Source of the DNA: an uncultured Acidimicrobiia bacterium
GTDB lineage: Bacteria > Acidobacteriota > Terriglobia > Versatilivoradales > Versatilivoraceae
Assembly (NCBI GenBank): GCA_963786955.1
Contig: CAWBAT010000006.1
Coordinates: 608,001-672,000 of the forward strand
DNA: 64,000 bases
Direction: 5' to 3'
Below, one piece after another: positions 56,123-64,000 of this stretch (its first letter is position 1; each line of letters opens with the position of its first letter). The position numbers and the translations under genes were made by a program. The notes under the pieces were generated by a model. That model was given only the letters and a program-made list of their open reading frames with translations, made no database searches and was not told the DNA's origin.

Positions 56123-58096
56123 TTATTTCACAATGCTGATTTCATGAACAGCTTCCACCAAGGCCAATACATTTTCAACGGGTGTTTCGGGCAGGATCCC
56201 ATGGCCCAGATTGAATATATGACCGGGCCGGTGCTCAGCTTTCTCGAGGAATTGTCGGGCGCGCTGTTTGATGGTCTTTGCATCCGATAACAAGACCAAC
56301 GGGTCGAGGTTCCCCTGAATCCCAACATCATATCCTATCTTCGACCAAGCTTCCGCCAAATCCACTCGCCAGTCCACGCCAATCACATCCCCACCTGCCT
56401 GCCTGACCAATGGCAGATAGCCAGAGGTTCCCGTCGAGAAATTGATCACAGGGACCCCGGGCTTGATCCCATCAATCACCCGTTTGGTATGGGGGAGGAC
56501 AAAATCCCGATAGTCTTCCGGACTTAAGCAACCCACCCAACTGTCAAACAATTGAACAGCCTGGGCGCCTGCGGCAATCTGGCCGTTCAAGTATTTCACT
56601 AAGCTCCTCGCAATCGAGGCCATCATGGCGTGCCAGGCGCCAGGATCCCGGTACATCAGGGACTTGGTATGACGGTAACTCTTAGAGGCTCCTCCTTCGA
56701 TGATGTAGGACGCTAAAGTAAAAGGTGCGCCGGCGAAACCGATCAAAGGGATATCGGGCCTTAGGCCGGCGCGGGCCTTTCGAATCGCGTCAAAGACAAA
56801 GGATAGCGACTCTTCTGGTTCTACTTCACGCATCCGGTTCACATCACTGTGGCTGCGGATAATCCCGTCGATCACCGGCCCGTCTCCCTTCTCAAATCGC
56901 AGCCCCAAACCCATGGGTTCGACAATTAAAAGGATATCGGCAAAGATGATGGCGGCATCTACTCCGAGACGATGAGCGGCTGTGATCGTGACTTCCGCTG
57001 CCAGATCAGAATTCTTACAGAGTTCAAGAAAGGAATTTCTAGCCCTAATCTCTCGATACTCCGCCATGTAGCGCCCGGCTTGACGCATGAGCCAAACAGG
57101 CGTGTATTCGGTGGGAAGACGCCGGCAGGCCCGCATGAAAACACTTGATTCCAGTCTATCCGGCAAACCAGAGGATGTCTGTTGTTCAAACTGAACCGGA
57201 AGCCGAGATGGAGTTTCAATCCTGTGGGCCGGCCTAGCCATTTTGTCCTGAAGCCTCTCGCGCGCCGCTGTAGCAATCTCGGCCACAAGTTGTGCCATCC
57301 TGGATTCCCGGGGCTCGACATCGACGGCAACGCCTTGGTCTCGTAACGACTGACTACAAAGCGGGCCAATCGATCCCACGACAACTGCCGACAAGGCCCT
57401 TCTCAACTGTGGCGACAATGATTTCTGGTCCGCTACTTGGAAAAGATGAGAAACCTGCATGGAATTCGTAAATAAAGCCACCTCACACTGTCCATCGATC
57501 AGAGCCCGAATTGCCTCCTCCAGAGACTTGGTGTCTGGGGGAAGTGTCCAGCGGTAGACAGGGACCTGAAGGACTCTTGCTCCACGGTTTTTCAATTCAT
57601 CCAGTAATTCAGAATTCGGTACTCCGGACTCCTGGACGGCTATGGTCAGCCCTTTGAGCGGCGGAAATCGATCGCTGTTGTCCACGATTTCCAAGATCTC
57701 CCGCCACGTTCCCGGATCCGGAACAGTGATGGTCACGGGAACTCCCAGTGCTCGTAAAGCCTCAACCGATTTGGGTCCCCGCGCAACGACCGTGATTCGT
57801 CCAGTTCCTGAAGGAACTGCTCCTTCGGGAATCGAGTTTCGAGCACTTCGAAAAGACTGCTCTGCCCCTACTCCGGTTAAAAACAGGACGACTGCGATAT
57901 CGTGACGAAGTAGTCTCTCTCCGAATTCCAGTGCAGAAACGTTTTGCGACAGAGGAGCCTCCGCCATGGAGGGAGCAAGTAACGGAACGCCCCCTTGCTT
58001 GACGATGAGCTGTTCCATTTCCTTGGCGCGGCGTCCTTCAAAAACCGCCACACGCAATCCCGCCAATCCTTTTTCAATCTTGGCTGTGCTTGTCAC
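56123..58096 (-). CDS. hemE: Fused uroporphyrinogen-III synthase (HemD) and uroporphyrinogen decarboxylase (HemE)
   Basis: N-half EGRRA.EM, LTGVG, ARGPK, VYRW, SIGP; C-half PVWLMRQAGRY, FADIL, GFAGAPFT, QGNLDP, NLGHG. Confidence 0.92.
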   Translation of the reverse strand: MTSTAKIEKGLAGLRVAVFEGRRAKEMEQLIVKQGGVPLLAPSMAEAPLSQNVSALEFGERLLRHDIAVVLFLTGVGAEQSFRSARNSIPEGAVPSGTGRITVVARGPKSVEALRALGVPVTITVPDPGTWREILEIVDNSDRFPPLKGLTIAVQESGVPNSELLDELKNRGARVLQVPVYRWTLPPDTKSLEEAIRALIDGQCEVALFTNSMQVSHLFQVADQKSLSPQLRRALSAVVVGSIGPLCSQSLRDQGVAVDVEPRESRMAQLVAEIATAARERLQDKMARPAHRIETPSRLPVQFEQQTSSGLPDRLESSVFMRACRRLPTEYTPVWLMRQAGRYMAEYREIRARNSFLELCKNSDLAAEVTITAAHRLGVDAAIIFADILLIVEPMGLGLRFEKGDGPVIDGIIRSHSDVNRMREVEPEESLSFVFDAIRKARAGLRPDIPLIGFAGAPFTLASYIIEGGASKSYRHTKSLMYRDPGAWHAMMASIARSLVKYLNGQIAAGAQAVQLFDSWVGCLSPEDYRDFVLPHTKRVIDGIKPGVPVINFSTGTSGYLPLVRQAGGDVIGVDWRVDLAEAWSKIGYDVGIQGNLDPLVLLSDAKTIKQRARQFLEKAEHRPGHIFNLGHGILPETPVENVLALVEAVHEISIVK

Positions 58097-58531
58097 TATC
58101 CGGCACCCCCCAGTTCCGACTCAAATCATCGACCGTCTACTAATCATGCCAGCTAGGCATTGATGAAGTTAATACGAAATTAGTCTCTTCGCTCCCAGAG
58201 TAAGCGCTGCTCCCCCACAGGGTCGCGAATCACCGATCCAATCAGTCACAATAACAAAAGGGTTTCGCGCGGTGCAACTGATGTTTGTAGTTTGTCACTC
58301 CGAGTCATAAATGCTCAGACTGTCTTGATTTAGCAAAAGAGCGCATGTTCAATCGAGGAGCTGGGCCAGAAGCGTGGGATGTCCTGATTCTATAATTGAT
58401 TTCTGGTATTTGTCTCACCACAAATGCATATTTTTTCCTGCTGTCACCATGTTTAAAATATCATGGCGATCCTATTGTCCTTTGCTACAATGCCTCACGA
58501 AAGCCAAAGTCACCAAGCAAGGAGATCTACT

Positions 58532-59735
58532 ATGAAAGGTGTCATGAAATCTGCAATTTTCCTCATGCTTCTTACCTTGATGTCTCGCCAAATATGTCTG
58601 CGCAGTCCAAACCGAACACACTGACCCAGCAGGAAATTTCCGAAGGGTGGATTCTGCTGTTCGATGGTGAGACCAATTTCGGCTGGGAAAGCCATGGCGG
58701 AGCAGATTGGAAAATCGCTGACGGGATTATTTCTGTCTCTTCCGGAGAGAATGGCTGGCTCGGCACCACATCTCAATTCGCCGACTATATCCTAAAAGCG
58801 GATTACCGGACTGGAGCCGATGGAAATAGCGGGATTTTTCTTCGTTCGGCGAGTGAAGGCGAACCTGCCAAGACGGGATACGAACTGCAGATTTGTGACA
58901 CACACAAGGATTACATTACCGGGAGTCTCGTGAACTACCACAAAGCTCAAAAGAAAATAAGCTTTGCCCCAGACCAGTGGCACAGTTATGAGATTCGCAC
59001 GGCAGGGAGATCAATTCTTGATCAAGTTGGACGGGAAAACGCTCTTGAAGACTCGTGATCAGACCCATGCAGTAGGTCAGATCGGATTGCAGTACAATAA
59101 GGGCAAGAAGAGTTGAATTTCGGAATATCAAATTGACGCCATTAGGGATCAAATCAATCTTTAATGGCAAAACTCTCAGTGGCTGGCAGAAGGTGAACAG
59201 CCCGGATAAGAAGACGGTTCCCGTGTGGTCCGTTCAGAAAAAAACAATTCATGTAGAAGGAGGTCCGGGCCAGCTTGAAATTGCGGGACCTTACGGAGAC
59301 TTCGTATTGCAATTGGAGGTCCGCACGAATCCCAAAGACGCCAACCACCATCCGAATAGCGGTGTCTTTTTCAGGGGAGACCCGAATGCTTTTTGGACGG
59401 GATATGAGTCACAAATCCGCAACGAATTCAAAAACCAGGATCGGACACAGCCGGTCGATTTCGGGACGGGCGGGATTTATCATTTCCAACCCACCCGTCG
59501 AGTGATTCCCAATGACGGAGAGTACTTTTCTAAGACGATTATCGCTTCGGGACGGCACATGGCGGTCTGGGTCAATGGAATCCAGGTAAGCGATTACACG
59601 GACTCACGCCCGCCCGGACCGGATATCTATACCCAGTCTCGACCTGGAGCTGGGACAATTAGTCTCCAGGCTCACGATCCCACAACCAATCTTGATTTCA
59701 AGAATCTTAAGCTGGTTTCATTGCCGAAGCGGTGA
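58532..59735 (+). CDS. Secreted tandem DUF1080 (3-keto-glycoside hydrolase family) protein (frameshifted)
   Basis: LFDGETNFGW, GNSGIFLR, YELQI; second domain IFNGKTLSGW, NSGVFFR, YESQI, ISLQAHD. Confidence 0.88.
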
Positions 59736-59859
59736 GAGTTTGTCATGCGATGAAGACATGCAAACGACGCCTACCTTCGCCAGCCGCCATTGGATCATCA
59801 AACAAATGTTTAACGTTACGACCTGATTCCTTTTCTTTCGTATCGGAGTTGATTCTTAT

Positions 59860-60006
59860 CTCTGCGGCTTTTTGAAAATGGTGAGGAGAAAGGCCGCGGA
59901 CCCGGAATTCGGGTCCGCGCTACAGTCTCTCAAAGCCGCAGAGCGGCGATCTGTGTATAGAATCTGATGTTTGCCAAAGAACAGAGCTCCGTTCGGAGCG
60001 ACCTGT
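59860..60006. repeat. REP-like palindrome cluster
   Basis: ctctgcggcttt...aaagccgcagag enclosing gcggacccggaattcgggtccgc; gctccgttcggagc downstream. Confidence 0.65.
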
Positions 60007-60075
60007 GAACAAAGATTCCGATTGACACCTCCGGGCAAACTTGGGGGTCACATCTCAATATTCATTATTTGATAT

Positions 60076-60319
60076 TGAGATGCGCTCCCTTAAGGAAATT
60101 TCACGTGCCCGCATCATTGAAAGAGGCTCTAAGCAACCGGTAGGGTCGATTCTACAAATAGCGGCTAAGGCACACGCTTACTTAACCTTAATTCTGAAAT
60201 AAGGGTGTGCTGTTTTGAGCTGACTCAGTTAAAGCATCTAGTTGTTGAAATCCTATTTCGGTAAGTCTGAGGCATCTCAATTCCAATTACAAGCTGGGCA
60301 AATTGAGGGTCGCATCTCA
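60076..60319 (+). other. Imperfect rod-like palindrome of about 245 nt (candidate ncRNA or unrecognised element)
   Basis: Nested stems tgagatgcg/cgcatctca, tgccc/gggca, attga/tcaat, accg/cggt, gtagggt/atcctat, gcacac/gtgtgc. Confidence 0.6.
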
Positions 60320-60332
60320 TTCGAGGATCAAT

Positions 60333-61511
60333 TCAAACTCTTTTGTAGGTACTGCCCGGCTTAACCATTTCTGCGGTGGCTACCCCCAAAAAGGAGGTGG
60401 CTGCTCCATTGACCAATATGCCAAAGGATTGCGCATGGACAGGATTGGAGAGTAACTCCCAGAATTTGTCTACTGATTGCGGGATGCTCTCATCCGGCTT
60501 TCTCGGCGGGTTGGAATAATACCAGCTCAGCAGCATCACTACACCCGGACTTCCCAGTCTGTCGGGACCATCTCCCCAAATCCCTTTTTCCCCTTGCACG
60601 CGCATGAGTTGCCGCACCGTGTTTTCCAAATCGATTGGCAGTTGCTTGTTAAAGGCGGAATCCTCCGACAAATAGAAAGCCGCCAGTATGGCTTCCACAC
60701 AGTATGCGATACTCACATAACTGACCTCCTCTAGTTCCTTGCCTTCGACTAGATCGGGGAATTCCCCATTCGCATGACGATGCTTCAGAAGCCAGCCCAC
60801 CGAATTCATGGCGATTTCTCGATACTGTTTGTTTCGGGTCACTCCATAGAATTCAGCAAAGAAGAATGCGGCGGCAGCCGTTGATCGAGTCGAGGGAAGG
60901 AGCAAAGCCGTACCATCTATAATGCCACTTCCCCAAGCCCCTTTTTGTTCCCCAATTGTGACGCCCCAACCTGCGACAGCCGGCCTCTTCGAAGCAGGTT
61001 CGGCAGTGGTCCCCTCCAGGAGGAAACGTGCCAATCGCTCCATAGCCTGCAAATACTCCTTTTTCCCCCTCCCATCGGCAGCTTCAAAGGTTCTTGCTAA
61101 AGCCGCGGCCGCCAGGCAGTTTTCGCTGATCTCGATATTGCCGCTTCCATCAGTCCAATAACCGGATTCCCGTCCATGTGAAGTCAGTCTATGCTGCTGC
61201 CTTCCAACTAAAGCATCACTCCAATTCAAAGCTTCTTCTATGTATTTCGATCCGTCTTTCGTCATTTCTCCTGTTGCGATCAGGGTCCGCGCCAACCTTC
61301 CTTGGACTCCAAGACGATCCATCCCTCCGGAACCAGACTTAAATGCGGGCCAAGCGGAAAGCTTAGCATCCACTGCCCAGCGGCTTATATCTTGCAGATA
61401 GCCGGTCAGCTGCTTCTTGATGGCACCATCAAAGAGCTTTCCACTCTGAACTACTGATGGAGTCAGCAGCAAAACACCGATTAAAAGTGTGAGAGCCCAG
61501 ATGTTTCTCAT
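60333..61511 (-). CDS. Secreted hypothetical protein, probable (alpha/alpha) toroid
   Basis: Signal peptide; repeated helix-W/Y-L...Q...G.W motifs. Confidence 0.65.
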   Translation of the reverse strand: MRNIWALTLLIGVLLLTPSVVQSGKLFDGAIKKQLTGYLQDISRWAVDAKLSAWPAFKSGSGGMDRLGVQGRLARTLIATGEMTKDGSKYIEEALNWSDALVGRQQHRLTSHGRESGYWTDGSGNIEISENCLAAAALARTFEAADGRGKKEYLQAMERLARFLLEGTTAEPASKRPAVAGWGVTIGEQKGAWGSGIIDGTALLLPSTRSTAAAAFFFAEFYGVTRNKQYREIAMNSVGWLLKHRHANGEFPDLVEGKELEEVSYVSIAYCVEAILAAFYLSEDSAFNKQLPIDLENTVRQLMRVQGEKGIWGDGPDRLGSPGVVMLLSWYYSNPPRKPDESIPQSVDKFWELLSNPVHAQSFGILVNGAATSFLGVATAEMVKPGSTYKRV

Positions 61512-61612
61512 ATGAAATCAAGCTATTCGAGTTTCTTGAAGTATCTCAAAAGCAGTGCGATCCGAAAGCCTGCTGAATCCTTCAGCCCACGGACGCGATG
61601 AAGGAAAGGGAC

Positions 61613-61642
61613 AAAAAAAAAGCCTGGTGATTAAACCAGGCT
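61613..61642 (-). terminator. Rho-independent terminator of the STAS gene
   Basis: agcctggt/accaggct stem followed by a long T run on the minus strand. Confidence 0.8.
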
Positions 61643-61673
61643 CGAAAACCAAGCTAAAATTTGACTCAGGTAT

Positions 61674-62030
61674 CTATGACTTCTTTGCCGCAAAACTCTT
61701 GATTCCGTCTGCTTCATTTTCATATACATCAAAAACTGTCAGGAGCTTTGTGACCAAAAGGATATCGCGCGTTCGCTGGCTTAAATTGGCCAATTTTAAC
61801 TGCCCTCCCTGATTCCGTATAGTTGTGAAACTCCCAACCAAGGCGCCTACGCCAGTACTATCCATGTAGCTTACCTTCTCGAGGCTGATCAGAATATTTT
61901 TGCGGCCAGACTGCAATACCTCCTTGATTTTCTCCCTCATCGCTCCAACTTCGTCTCCGATAACGATTTTGCCTTCGGGAACAAGAACGCACACGTCATC
62001 CACTACCTTACTTTCAAATTGAAGTGGCAT
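61674..62030 (-). CDS. STAS domain anti-sigma factor antagonist
   Basis: VSYMDSTGVGALV, GGQLKL, TKLLTVF. Confidence 0.93.
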   Translation of the reverse strand: MPLQFESKVVDDVCVLVPEGKIVIGDEVGAMREKIKEVLQSGRKNILISLEKVSYMDSTGVGALVGSFTTIRNQGGQLKLANLSQRTRDILLVTKLLTVFDVYENEADGIKSFAAKKS

Positions 62031-62177
62031 AGGCCTTCCTCCATTTTTCTAAAGTGTCAGAAAACTCGTTATTATGCCCTCATAACCAAACGCCGAGAAT
62101 ATAATCCATTCTTAGAGATAAGGCAAAAAGAATAGCAGGAATTCCCTACCCCTTGGACAAACTTGGATTCCCCCCAG

Positions 62178-62396
62178 AAGGGCTTAATCGCGAACAAACC
62201 CGCGGAACACGGGACCTCTCACATTCCTTTGAATGATTGCGGGCCTGAGTCTCTTGGATCGATACGACGGTTTCCATCCCAGGGCAGACTCCAAACCGTA
62301 AAGAGATTCATTCTCTAATTTGCAGCCCCATGATTGAGTTCGTTGGGAATTGTAGAAATGGGCCCTGTCGCCCATCCCGGACTGACGGAAGCCCTT
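62178..62396. ncRNA. Candidate rod-shaped structured RNA of about 220 nt (6S-like shape, unconfirmed)
   Basis: Stems aagggctt/aagccctt, acgggacc/ggccctgt, acattcct/gggaattgt, tgagtctctt/aagagattca, acggttt/aaaccgt. Confidence 0.45.
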
Positions 62397-62507
62397 ACCC
62401 AGAAAGATCTTAATTCTGTAGGTTTTAAAAGTGCACTTTCTGTGAACCAAAAGCTATCTTACCGGACAACCTCAACGCGAAATGGATTTCTCCAGACTTC
62501 CATGTGC

Positions 62508-63101
62508 CTAGTTCTTGGGGGTCATCTTCTGGACTAGCATCTGGAATCGTTGTTTTTCTGGTGCTCCAATTGGGCAATCGCACATCGTGGCGACTGACTG
62601 GCCACCGGATTCAGTGATGAGTTCCTTTCGGTAAACATCTTTCGACTCAGTCTCGCCGGGCTTGACATATCCAAATTCCCCAAAACCGGATTTACATAAT
62701 TTCTCGATGACATACCCATCCTTCATTTTGACATCAATTTGAATTTGCCGGTTCCAGAAATCCTCAGAATTCAAAGCCCAATTAAAATACTTCAGCTCGA
62801 TCTCGACTTCCAGGTCTTCTTTATAATGCTTAAACTTGTCTTTGATCTTAAGCTTCTCGACTTTCTTTTCATCTAAGGCTTTATAAATGTTGACCATAAA
62901 ATCACCAGGTGGGGGCTTGGGCACTTCTACTTCCTTCTGTTCGCCTTTCTCGTCAGTAGTGGCAGCCTCGCCTTTCCCTTTCTGTTTTTCTTTGGCTTGA
63001 CCAGCGAGTTCCGAGCTGCAAGAAAACCATGCCACGGTGAAGAACAACAAAACATGCCAACACATTCTTAACCAGAAGCAGCGGGAAGAGTGATTCATCA
63101 T
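62508..63101 (-). CDS. Secreted hypothetical protein
   Basis: Intact ORF, GGAGG RBS, signal-like N-terminus, charged body, CDCP. Confidence 0.65.
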   Translation of the reverse strand: MMNHSSRCFWLRMCWHVLLFFTVAWFSCSSELAGQAKEKQKGKGEAATTDEKGEQKEVEVPKPPPGDFMVNIYKALDEKKVEKLKIKDKFKHYKEDLEVEIELKYFNWALNSEDFWNRQIQIDVKMKDGYVIEKLCKSGFGEFGYVKPGETESKDVYRKELITESGGQSVATMCDCPIGAPEKQRFQMLVQKMTPKN

Positions 63102-63263
63102 GATGATTTCCTCCAAGCTAAGATGGGCTAAATTTTACCGTAATCCCTTCATGGCTCCGTAGTTAATCTCTGAGCTCATTATATTCCTACCACCCCTTGG
63201 AGCAATACCTTATTTGTTTCAGCTGAGATTTCTGCCATTTGCGCAGCAAATAATTTTGCTCGA

Positions 63264-64000
63264 TCACACTGATTTTCCTTCAGTCAAGGGAATAAAAGGC
63301 ACAGTTTGCGGGCCCTTCCGGTAGAACGGCCATCCTAAAGGGCTGATTTCTCTGATCTGGAGAATTTGCTCGATGTAATCTCTCGAACCAGCTGACCAAT
63401 GTCCCTGCAGGGTTTGACATGTGCCGCTCGGACTTCTACCTCGGAGTAGCGTGGAAAAGAGATAAATATCCGCCTTCATTAAAATCCTCGCCAGGATCTG
63501 GACTTCCCATTGGTCCAGAATCGGTTCCTTGGCACGATGAATCAATTGAATCAATTCCTCAGGTGTTCTTCCCTTCGCGCAGCAGCTCTCTAAAATTCCC
63601 ATGATCGGGAACTCCATCCGAACACTCTGAAGCCATGAGAATTGTTCCTCCCTGTCTGACAATTTGTTCAGCAGCCGACATCCCCTTAACAGCCTGATAC
63701 AAATTCATATCCAATGGGAAACCGGAATTCGTGGTCACCACCAGATCATAAGGACTGTTAACGGGACGCATGACCGACTTGCGGGCAAACGCACAACCCG
63801 CCGAATGGGCCTTTTGCCAATGTCCCGCAAAGACACCGGTGAGTATCACGCTTTCGGTTCAGCGTCACATTCACAATGAAGTCTGGGTTGACCATGGCAG
63901 CAATCTCGGACATTTCTTCGTAGATAGGGTTACCCTCCGTGACTCCCCAAGTGGCACGAGGATTACCGATCATAGGAGCGGAATGATTCCTTAGAATACT
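63264..64000 (-). CDS. larA: Nickel-dependent lactate racemase family, 3' part (frameshifted)
   Basis: GNPIYEEM, NVTLN, TTNSGFPLDMNLYQAVKGMSAA, SECSDGVPDHG, DQWEVQI, GPQTVP. Confidence 0.9.

Noticed and set aside
1-64000. CRISPR array, tRNA, rRNA, prophage or defence genes
   Set aside because: No regularly spaced repeats, T-loop/anticodon patterns, rRNA-like tracts or matching proteins seen by eye; not confirmed computationally

Overview
A 64 kb chromosomal window of roughly balanced GC. The gene set (Acidobacterial-type VWA protein, kinase-TPR protein, STAS protein, DUF1080) suggests Acidobacteriota; this is an inference. Many genes are split by single-base indels, often in homopolymers and in patches, which looks like long-read consensus error rather than real pseudogenisation, so fragments are joined below. 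Core content: M16 peptidase, IDH/IPMDH-family dehydrogenase, nadB, aroB-menG, pyrE, truA, uppS-cdsA-dxr-rseP, TolC, glycosyltransferases, a TatT-associated TRAP (TPAT) transporter, ppx, skp, hutH-hutU-hutI-ftcD, cax, Ser/Thr kinase, ferredoxin, queF, sugar enzymes, a HemD-HemE fusion and larA. The most notable items are: (1) two tandem paralogous type IV minor-pilin cassettes plus pilD, the first behind a near-consensus sigma28 promoter and bracketed by a direct repeat of the 3' end of a fimT-like gene, the second behind a sigma70-like promoter; (2) non-autonomous palindromic elements nested up to five layers deep; (3) unnamed 220-245 nt rod-like hairpins with a + strand G-U bias; (4) decayed attC-like sites after a DUF4230 gene. 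No tRNA, rRNA, CRISPR array, transposase or integrase was recognised.
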